Shown piece by piece: positions 33,749-39,168 of a stretch of 39,168 nt of DNA (position 1 is the first letter of the stretch; every line of letters starts with the position of its first letter). Under the pieces are notes generated by a model, which was not told the DNA's origin, ran no database searches, and saw only the letters and a program-made list of their open reading frames with translations. Made by a program: the position numbers and the translations under genes. Source of the stretch: a virus. Location of the stretch: IMG/VR virus record IMGVR_UViG_3300045988_042241, positions 1-39,168 of that record; one strand, 5' to 3'.

Positions 33749-33891
33749 CTGCTCCCGCAGGGGGGCAGGCCCCTGCCACGGGCAAGGGGTAGGTATCTTT
33801 GGCGCAAAGATGCCTCCCCCTTAGACCCCCACCAGAAACATGGGGGACGCCACCGTCCCCCATACCCCCTCTTGGCACAAAGGGACGAGGA

Positions 33892-33995
33892 CTGCGGCCC
33901 TCTCCCCTTTGGAAACCCCTCTCCCGGAGACGGGGGACGAGGGCCGGGGCTGCGGCCCCCGCCTTTGGAAACCAGACCCCGGAGACGGGGGACGA
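33892..33995 (+). repeat. Imperfect tandem repeat (about 46-49 bp x2) in a GC-rich hairpin-dense spacer
   Basis: Units at 33892..33940 and 33950..33995 share CTGCGGCCC...CCTTTGGAAACC...CCCGGAGACGGGGGACGA. Confidence 0.7.
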
Positions 33996-34044
33996 AGAAC
34001 GGAAAAACGGCTGAAAAGCCGCGAAATTTGAAAGGAGCACAAAT

Positions 34045-34251
34045 ATGGAAAAGTACATCAAGGCATCTGACGGTAAGGACATCCGCATTTCCACCCGGCC
34101 CGAACCCTACGGCGGCGCGGACTACGGCGCACCCATCCCCATGATGGACCCTGACCCTTCCCGGGCGGACACCACCATCACGGCAGGCGGCTTTGAGCTG
34201 TCCTACGATAGCAAGGGCTACTGCTACAAGCGGGTGCGGGTCCATGGTTGA
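34045..34251 (+). CDS. Hypothetical protein, 68 aa
   Basis: Strong RBS GAAAGGAG before the ATG. Confidence 0.6.
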   Translation: MEKYIKASDGKDIRISTRPEPYGGADYGAPIPMMDPDPSRADTTITAGGFELSYDSKGYCYKRVRVHG

Positions 34252-34927
34252 TACGTTTGCCTGCGCCAAAGCGCAGGTGTACCACAACACGGCCAAAAAG
34301 TCCCCGGCGCAGATCAAGGCGGAAACCGGGTGCAGCCACATTATCAACGGGTATCTCTTTAACGGCAAATTTCAGCCGGTTGGGTGGACGGTGATCGACG
34401 GCAAGATCATCAGCCGGGACGCATACCGGGATTGGGGCCTCTCCATCGGCAATGACAACAAGCCCCGTATGCTGACGGACCGGGGCGGGAGCTTTCTTTC
34501 CGGCGTGCCGATCCTCAAGGGCGGGGCCAAGCTGTACCGGGATCTGACGCCGGACGTGGCCCGGTCCGCTGCCCGGACCGCTATCGGCTGGCTTGCCAAC
34601 GGCAAGGTGGTGCTGTGGTGCGACAAGACCGCCATGACGCGGGAGACGCTGCAAAATAAGCTCTTGGGGCTGGGCGTGGAGGATGCGCTGATGCTGGACG
34701 GGGGCGGCTCTACACAAGGCATTTTCCCGGGGGGCAAGGTGATCAGCAGTCGCAAGGTGCCGACGCTGATGCTCTTTTGGGAGGAGACCCCGGCCAAGGC
34801 GGAGGACCCGGCCATTGCGTGGGGCAAGGCTCGCGGCCTGCTGACGGACGCCAACGCCGGGGAGACCGTGACCCGCGCCGACATGGTCCGGGCGCTGTAT
34901 CAGATCTGGTGGGATAACCATGGTTGA
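34244..34927 (+). CDS. Phosphodiester glycosidase (NAGPA/DUF2233-like) cell-wall enzyme candidate
   Basis: Motif DALMLDGGGSTQG. 227 aa, overlaps both neighbours in the lysis cassette. Confidence 0.5.
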   Translation: MVDTFACAKAQVYHNTAKKSPAQIKAETGCSHIINGYLFNGKFQPVGWTVIDGKIISRDAYRDWGLSIGNDNKPRMLTDRGGSFLSGVPILKGGAKLYRDLTPDVARSAARTAIGWLANGKVVLWCDKTAMTRETLQNKLLGLGVEDALMLDGGGSTQGIFPGGKVISSRKVPTLMLFWEETPAKAEDPAIAWGKARGLLTDANAGETVTRADMVRALYQIWWDNHG

Positions 34928-35315
34928 GATCAACGCCTACAGCAAGGCCAGCGACGGGGCCAAGCAGCTTTCCGCTCATTTTAAGGTGCGGGAGTTTGCG
35001 TGCCGCAGCGGGGCGGACGCCGTGCTGATCGCACCGCGTCTTGTCATGGTGCTTGAGTCCATCCGCGCCCACTTTGGGGCGGCAGTCACCATCAACAGCG
35101 GCTACCGGACGCCGGAGTACAACGCCAAGGTGGGCGGCGCGGCTCACAGCCAGCACTGCTATGGCATGGCGGCGGACATCGTGGTCAAGGGGCAGACGCC
35201 GGAGGCCGTGGCGGCGTTTGCAAGGACGCTTATGCCCGATTGGGGCGGGGTGGGCGTCTACAAGAGTTTTACCCACATCGACGTCCGGGAGGCCCGCGCC
35301 GACTGGACGGGCTAA
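34920..35315 (+). CDS. Peptidase M15 family endolysin (zinc D-Ala-D-Ala/L-Ala-D-Glu peptidase type)
   Basis: Motifs SGYRTPEYNAKVGGAAHSQHCYGMAADI and FTHIDV (H-x6-D ... H). Confidence 0.8.
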   Translation: MVEINAYSKASDGAKQLSAHFKVREFACRSGADAVLIAPRLVMVLESIRAHFGAAVTINSGYRTPEYNAKVGGAAHSQHCYGMAADIVVKGQTPEAVAAFARTLMPDWGGVGVYKSFTHIDVREARADWTG

Positions 35316-35383
35316 GCTAAGAGAGGAGGCCGGAGGATGACAACATCCACGCGGTACGCCGCGCTCTGCAAGTCCGGGGCAGT

Positions 35384-35620
35384 ATGGACCGAGCACATCG
35401 AGACATCCGGGCGCTGTTGTCATCTATGGCGCCCCGGCGGGCCGAGGAGGCTGTGCGGCGGGTAGGTCTGCCCGCAGACGAGGAGGCGGCGGTGCTGGCG
35501 GTGGACGTCCACGGCCAGAGCTGCCTGCAGACCGCACAGCGGCTCCATGTCAGCGTGGATGGGCTTGCCAAGATCCGGCGGCGGGCCTATGCCAAGCTGG
35601 CGGACGATATCAAAGGATAG
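35384..35620 (+). CDS. Small sigma-70 region-4-like / LuxR-type HTH regulator, 78 aa
   Basis: Segment EEAAVLAVDVHGQSCLQTAQRLHVSVDGLAKIRRRAYAKL. Weak RBS; a competing 42-codon ORF at 35337 has the better RBS. Confidence 0.5.
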   Translation: MDRAHRDIRALLSSMAPRRAEEAVRRVGLPADEEAAVLAVDVHGQSCLQTAQRLHVSVDGLAKIRRRAYAKLADDIKG

Positions 35621-35656
35621 CAAGAGGGCGTGTCCGATTCGGACACGCCCCTCTTG
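35621..35656. terminator. Terminator hairpin between convergent genes, built around one copy of the dispersed palindrome
   Basis: CAAGAGGGCGTGTCCGA-T-TCGGACACGCCCCTCTTG (one bulged C), followed by CTTATTTGG. Confidence 0.6.
35632..35644. repeat. Dispersed palindrome, copy 7 (core of the terminator hairpin)
   Basis: Embedded in the 36-bp dyad at 35621..35656. Confidence 0.95.
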
Positions 35657-35666
35657 CTTATTTGGC

Positions 35667-35987
35667 TTACCAGATCAGGTCAAACTGCTCATCAATGGGA
35701 TTGCTGGTCTCAACATTGTAATAGTCTCCGTCATTATAACGGGCTTCGAGGAGCTCCTCGCCAGCGAGGCCTTCGGCGTCATCGGAGACGTCAAAGACAA
35801 CAGGGATGCCAAGCTCTTTGGCGGCTGCCAGAGTATGATGCTTATCGTTTTGCATTGCGTATTCCACGCCATCAATAACGCCAACGTAAGTGCAAGGGAT
35901 AACAACCTCAGACACGCCTACAAGCTCCGCTTTTTTGGCCTCAACGATTTCCGGGTCAATGTAATGCTGGCTGCTAATGTACGTCAT
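35667..35987 (-). CDS. Highly acidic small protein, 106 aa (function unknown)
   Basis: 22 Asp/Glu against 5 Lys/Arg by count. RBS GGGAGG. Driven by promoter cassette copy 1. KHHTLAAAKELGIPV is faintly ParB/Srx-like. Confidence 0.7.
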   Translation of the reverse strand: MTYISSQHYIDPEIVEAKKAELVGVSEVVIPCTYVGVIDGVEYAMQNDKHHTLAAAKELGIPVVFDVSDDAEGLAGEELLEARYNDGDYYNVETSNPIDEQFDLIW

Positions 35988-36012
35988 GATTTTTACCTCC
36001 CGGGCTGTGCCA

Positions 36013-36085
36013 CTCTTGATGATATAAATATACCATAAATGGTCTATTTAGTCAAGAGGTTTAGTCGAAATTTTTGGAAAAATTT
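36013..36085 (-). promoter_or_regulatory. Leftward promoter cassette copy 1
   Basis: Minus strand reads TTGACT (36055..36050), 17 nt, TATATT (36032..36027), bracketed by CTCTTGA/TCAAGAG. Near-identical to 37469..37540. Confidence 0.7.
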
Positions 36086-36097
36086 AAGAAAAACGCG

Positions 36098-36110
36098 GTC
36101 CGATTCGGAC
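36098..36110. repeat. Dispersed palindrome, copy 8 (between promoter cassette 1 and the 3' end of the leftward operon)
   Basis: Perfect 13-mer, 11 nt from the stop of 36121..36612. Confidence 0.95.
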
Positions 36111-36120
36111 ACGGCTCCCC

Positions 36121-36612
36121 TTATTTTTCTTCCCAAGCTACCAGCGTCCACCCCTTATACGTGGACACCGTGCATGGCTTCCCGTTTGCTCTGCGGAAAC
36201 GCCCCTCCATAGAGCGTTTGATCTGGCGGAAGCCGGAGGAAATAGCGGCGGCGCTTTGCTCCGTCGGCTCCATGCCAAAGTCGGAGGTGTGCTGCCTGGC
36301 CCAGTCCGTCAGATTGGTCACAACAACCGGCTCACCGTCCGGCGTGCGCAGGTGCCAGATCTTGGCGTTTCGATTCTGCGGCCCACGCTGGCCTCCCGGC
36401 AATTTTTGTGCAGCTAACGTGCCGTTTTTAAGATTTCCGGTTTTTTCGGCGGCCAGTCTTGCGGATACGTGCTTATCTTGGCTCCATTTGTTCTGCTTGC
36501 CTTTATGCGACCTGGATTTTTGGACGCTGGAGCACGCTTTGGAGCAGGTAATTTTTTTGCTTGATGGCGCGGCGTTAAATTCCGCCCCGCATATGGCGCA
36601 TTTGCGGATCAT
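36121..36612 (-). CDS. Zinc-ribbon protein with a basic linker and C-terminal domain, 163 aa
   Basis: ATG 36612 lies 4 nt after the upstream stop. Begins MIRKCAICGAEF...KKITCSKACS. Confidence 0.65.
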   Translation of the reverse strand: MIRKCAICGAEFNAAPSSKKITCSKACSSVQKSRSHKGKQNKWSQDKHVSARLAAEKTGNLKNGTLAAQKLPGGQRGPQNRNAKIWHLRTPDGEPVVVTNLTDWARQHTSDFGMEPTEQSAAAISSGFRQIKRSMEGRFRRANGKPCTVSTYKGWTLVAWEEK

Positions 36613-36616
36613 CCCC

Positions 36617-37069
36617 TTACGCCTCCGGGTGCCGGCGGCCAAAGGACACGCCATCATCATAGGCGGTTTTGAGCATGGCCATAACCTCGCCAATGTCCTC
36701 CGCCGTGTGGGTGTCCCACCAGTGGGGGGGGATGCGCTCCATGAGCTTAGACATGGTGGTGGGATAACGCCGCCAGCCGCTATACTCGCAGGCCTGCTCC
36801 TTTTTCAGCTCGCGCCGCCGCTCGTCTGCGGTCAGGGCCTCGTAAGCGTCGGGGCTAAAGATGTCCTTAGCCTTGAGCTTGCGGCCGGTGGGGGCAATGT
36901 CATCCATGCGGCAGCCAAAAATACCGGCCAGCTTGCGGAGGGTGTCCACATCGGGGCGGATAGCCCCGCGCTCCCAGCGGGAGACGTTGGTTTGCTGGAC
37001 GCCCATGGCGGCGGCCAGCTCCGCCTGCGTCATGCCGCGCTCCAAGCGATACTGTTTAATGGTCATCAT
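36617..37069 (-). CDS. XRE-family HTH protein with a C-terminal extension, 150 aa
   Basis: HTH segment GMTQAELAAAMGVQQTNVSRWERG. Confidence 0.8.
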   Translation of the reverse strand: MMTIKQYRLERGMTQAELAAAMGVQQTNVSRWERGAIRPDVDTLRKLAGIFGCRMDDIAPTGRKLKAKDIFSPDAYEALTADERRRELKKEQACEYSGWRRYPTTMSKLMERIPPHWWDTHTAEDIGEVMAMLKTAYDDGVSFGRRHPEA

Positions 37070-37093
37070 AATGGTTTGTCCTCCTATCTTATC

Positions 37094-37441
37094 TTAGCAA
37101 AAGCTCTCGGCGACCTTGCGGTCGGTGGTGTACCAGTACTTGTTCTGAGCGTCCCAGCTAAAGCCGGCGCGCTTGATCTCCTTGCGGGCGGCGTAAGTGT
37201 TGCCGATGACAACCCAGCCCCGAAGCCCGTTGAGGGCCATGGCGGCCTTGACAGTCAGCTCTACGCCGTTGATGGTGCGGGTGTAGCTGCTGGCCAGCTT
37301 GCTGACGTTGACGATGGCCTTCTTGGCAGCCTCCCAAGCGCGGTGAAGGCAGACGGAGAAGCTGAGGGACACGGTCCACTTTTTGGACTGGTTGAACAGG
37401 TTCCATGCGGCCTTCATGATCTCACTCTTGCTGTACTTCAT
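37094..37441 (-). CDS. Hypothetical protein, 115 aa (first gene of the leftward operon)
   Basis: RBS AGGAGG 8 nt before the ATG. C-terminal RKEIKRAGFSWDAQNKYWY motif. Confidence 0.7.
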   Translation of the reverse strand: MKYSKSEIMKAAWNLFNQSKKWTVSLSFSVCLHRAWEAAKKAIVNVSKLASSYTRTINGVELTVKAAMALNGLRGWVVIGNTYAARKEIKRAGFSWDAQNKYWYTTDRKVAESFC

Positions 37442-37468
37442 TTTCGTTTCCTCCTAAGCTTTTAGCTC

Positions 37469-37540
37469 CTCTTGATGATATAAATATACCACAGATGGTC
37501 TATTTAGTCAAGAGCTTTTGCGAAAGTTTTTAAAAAATTT
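37469..37540 (-). promoter_or_regulatory. Leftward promoter cassette copy 2
   Basis: TTGACT (37511..37506), 17 nt, TATATT (37488..37483), with the same CTCTTGA/TCAAGAG bracket. Confidence 0.7.
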
Positions 37541-37543
37541 TAT

Positions 37544-37584
37544 GGCAGTTTGAGGGCAGAATACAGGCAGTTTCCGGGCAGTTT
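37544..37584 (+). repeat. Four direct repeats GGCAG(T/A)(T/A)T at exact 11-bp phasing
   Basis: Copies start at 37544, 37555, 37566 and 37577, in the divergent intergenic region. Confidence 0.75.
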
Positions 37585-37632
37585 GGCTACCCGGATTTTT
37601 GCTACCATAAGGGCAAGACAAGGAGGTGCGCG

Positions 37633-37755
37633 ATGTACGACCGACTGCTTGCCATCGGCTACACGGAGCAGATGGCAATGGATATTTTAAGGCTGTTCCC
37701 GGACCCGGAGGAACTGCGGACCTACGTGTATTTTGCGGAGCTGTTCCATGTTTAG
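37633..37755 (+). CDS. Small hypothetical protein, 40 aa
   Basis: AGGAGGTG 5 nt before the ATG. Stop overlaps the next ATG. Confidence 0.55.
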   Translation: MYDRLLAIGYTEQMAMDILRLFPDPEELRTYVYFAELFHV

Positions 37756-38128
37756 CTATTTTAACCAAAACCCCTGCGGGAAAAATGTGGGGGACTGCAC
37801 CGTGCGGGCTATCTCCAAGGCCACCGGCAAGGACTGGGGCGAGACGTATCTGCGATTGTGCATCCAAGGGTATCTTGACGGTGATATGCCCTCCGCCAAC
37901 GCTTGCTGGGGGCGGTATCTCCACAGCATCGGGTACAAGCGGTATATCGTGCCGGACACCTGCCCGGATTGCTACACGGTGGGACAATTTGCGGAGCAGC
38001 ACCCGACAGGGACGTATATTTTAGCGTTGTCCGGCCACGTAGTCTGCGTACAGGACGGGGTAATCTGGGATAGCTGGGACAGCAGCAACGAGACAATCTT
38101 ATATTACTGGGTCAAGGAGGATGATTGA
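37748..38128 (+). CDS. Papain-like cysteine peptidase fold candidate, 126 aa
   Basis: GDCTVRAI (Cys) ... LSGHVVCVQDG (His) ... DSWD arrangement. Function not established. Confidence 0.45.
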   Translation: MFSYFNQNPCGKNVGDCTVRAISKATGKDWGETYLRLCIQGYLDGDMPSANACWGRYLHSIGYKRYIVPDTCPDCYTVGQFAEQHPTGTYILALSGHVVCVQDGVIWDSWDSSNETILYYWVKEDD

Positions 38129-38129
38129 C

Positions 38130-38576
38130 ATGGCATACACACCTTACGGCTGGCAAAATCCCTATTACGCGCCGCCTATGCCGGATAACCTCATGCAGAT
38201 GCGCCAGCAGCAGATGCAGTCCATGACGCCTCAGATGCCGCAGGCTCCGCAAAACCCGGTGGCGCAGAGCGGCGTCCAGTGGGTGGCCGGGGAGCAGGAG
38301 GCCCGCAACTGGATGATCGCGCCTAACGCCGCCGTGGCGCTGTGGGACAGCACGGCTCCCACCGTGTATCTCAAGCAGGCGGACGCCAGCGGCAAACCGT
38401 CCCTTAAAATTTATGACCTCGTAGAGCGCTCTCAGACGCCGCCTGCCGCACCGCAGGCTAAGGCCGTGGATTTTGTCACGCGGGAGGAATTTGACCGTCT
38501 GGCGGCGCTTGTGGGCGAAATTCGAGGGAAAGAAAGGCCCGCGAAGAAAGTAAAGGAGGCGGAGGCTGATGGCTAA
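38130..38576 (+). CDS. Q/P/M-rich N-terminus protein, 148 aa
   Basis: AAGGAGG 9 nt before ATG 38130. Low-complexity MQMRQQQMQSMTPQMPQAPQ followed by a globular part. Confidence 0.65.
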   Translation: MAYTPYGWQNPYYAPPMPDNLMQMRQQQMQSMTPQMPQAPQNPVAQSGVQWVAGEQEARNWMIAPNAAVALWDSTAPTVYLKQADASGKPSLKIYDLVERSQTPPAAPQAKAVDFVTREEFDRLAALVGEIRGKERPAKKVKEAEADG

Positions 38577-38787
38577 TCCATTTTTTAAGGCCATGGGCGG
38601 CGGTCAGATGCCGGGGCCAATGGGCCAATTTCAGCGGCTCATGCAGCAATTTAACCAGTTCCGCGCCACGTTTCAGGGTGATCCAAAAGCGGAGGTGGAA
38701 AAGCTGCTGCAATCCGGCAAAATGAGCCAGCAGCAGCTGAACCAGCTGCAGGCAATGGCAAAGCAATTTGAGAGCTTTTTGAAGTAA
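38569..38787 (+). CDS. Q-rich small helical protein, 72 aa
   Basis: Overlaps the upstream stop; GGAGG upstream. Confidence 0.6.
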   Translation: MANPFFKAMGGGQMPGPMGQFQRLMQQFNQFRATFQGDPKAEVEKLLQSGKMSQQQLNQLQAMAKQFESFLK

Positions 38788-38812
38788 TCAAAATCGTGGC
38801 CACGATTTGATT
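38786..38812 (+). terminator. Hairpin after the 38569..38787 gene (possible terminator or attenuator)
   Basis: AATCAAAATCGT-GGCC-ACGATTTGATT with one bulge. Weak T-run downstream. Confidence 0.35.
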
Positions 38813-38838
38813 GATAAAATTTTGAAAGGAGAGATATC

Positions 38839-39168
38839 ATGTCTCTATCTGATGGTATGCCGACGATGACCATGCCTGTGGCTCCCGCCAACACCTCCGG
38901 CAGCGGAAACGGCTTTGGCTGGGGCGGTGACGGTGCATGGTGGATCATTATCCTGTTTTTGTTTGTTTTTTGCGGCTGGGGCGGCAACGGCTGGGGCAAC
39001 AACGGCGGCAATGGCGGCGGCGTGGTCGACGGCTATGTGCTGACCTCTGACTTTGCCAATGTTGAGCGCAAGATCGACAGTGTAAATCAGGGCCTTTGCG
39101 ACGGATTTTACCAGCAGGCGCAGCTTGTCAACGGCACCAACATGGCGATGGCAAACGGCTTTGCACAG
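38839..39168 (+). CDS. 5' part of the junction-spanning gene (continues at 85..486 in circular coordinates)
   Basis: RBS GAAAGGAGAG. Gly-rich N-terminus with TM WWIIILFLFVFCGW. Open to the window end. Confidence 0.8.
   Translation, partial: MSLSDGMPTMTMPVAPANTSGSGNGFGWGGDGAWWIIILFLFVFCGWGGNGWGNNGGNGGGVVDGYVLTSDFANVERKIDSVNQGLCDGFYQQAQLVNGTNMAMANGFAQ
39085..39168. repeat. Terminal direct repeat copy 2 (identical to 1..84)
   Basis: Same as copy 1. Confidence 0.95.

Larger units (their letters stand above)
1..39168. mobile_element. Complete temperate tailed-phage genome (HK97-like siphovirus organisation), circularly closed, unit length 39084 bp
   Basis: Integration, immunity, replication, packaging, head, tail and lysis modules lie in canonical order. 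The window ends overlap by 84 identical nt. Confidence 0.85.

Noticed and set aside
33892-33995. A CRISPR-like or coding repeat
   Set aside because: It is two imperfect tandem units without spacers. The frames through it are Pro/Gly/Arg-rich on both strands.
35337-35465. A 42-codon ORF with the best RBS in this interval
   Set aside because: Its product (…GRCCHLWRPGGPRRLCGG) has no recognisable fold and overlaps the region-4-like frame. I kept it only as a start-site ambiguity noted in the findings.
36074-37465. 463-aa ORF on the plus strand
   Set aside because: It is antisense to three minus-strand genes that have RBSs, an XRE HTH and a zinc ribbon. Its product is Ala/Gly/Leu/Pro-rich with no motifs.

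Overview
The window is a complete, circularly closed tailed-phage genome. The first 84 nt and last 84 nt are identical and one ORF reads in frame through the junction, so the unit length is 39084 bp. It looks like a temperate HK97-like siphovirus with high G+C. Its gene content (Cys-rich KTR protein, XkdX, Lar, M15 endolysin) suggests a Clostridia-type Firmicute host; that host assignment is inference.

Gene order along the window:
- An accessory cluster of low-complexity proteins spans the junction (37633..39168 and 1..1960).
- attP (1961..2167) has a tRNA-Pro-like 3' half as its core and tandem arm-type repeats on both sides.
- The leftward lysogeny genes follow: tyrosine integrase, membrane-anchored HTH protein, lipoprotein, XRE repressor.
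- A roughly 2.3-kb low-GC island (5113..7500) carries a second tyrosine recombinase, a triple zinc-ribbon protein and its own XRE regulator.
- The early rightward genes are cro-like, Xis-like and HTH proteins.
- The replication/partition block holds an initiator with internal iterons, DnaB, ParA and ParB.
- A mid-GC accessory block holds a small DNA methyltransferase, Lar and Cys-rich small proteins.
- An HUH Rep-like protein, a Cys-rich KTR protein, an HNH endonuclease and a structured cos-like region come next.
- The structural module is TerS, TerL, portal, ClpP-type protease, a major capsid protein with a C-terminal cadherin-like domain, neck proteins, major tail protein, G/GT chaperone with a clear -1 frameshift signal, tape measure, tail tip and fibre proteins with glycine-rich domains.
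- The lysis cassette (holin-like proteins, NAGPA-like enzyme, M15 peptidase) is interrupted by a 300-bp repeat and hairpin spacer.
- A small sigma region-4-like regulator is followed by a leftward operon driven by two near-identical promoter cassettes.

Most unusual observations:
- A 13-bp palindrome, GTCCGA-W-TCGGAC, is present in 8 perfect copies with stoperator-like placement.
- The low-GC recombinase island is inserted in the immunity region and flanked by duplicated promoter/leader segments.
- A small HTH-less paralogue of the repressor tail is encoded convergently and overlaps the repressor gene.
- Integrase/attP, ParAB and an HUH Rep all coexist in one genome.
- Four GGCAGWWT repeats are phased at exactly 11 bp.

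All functional calls come from motif recognition by eye. No database search was run.
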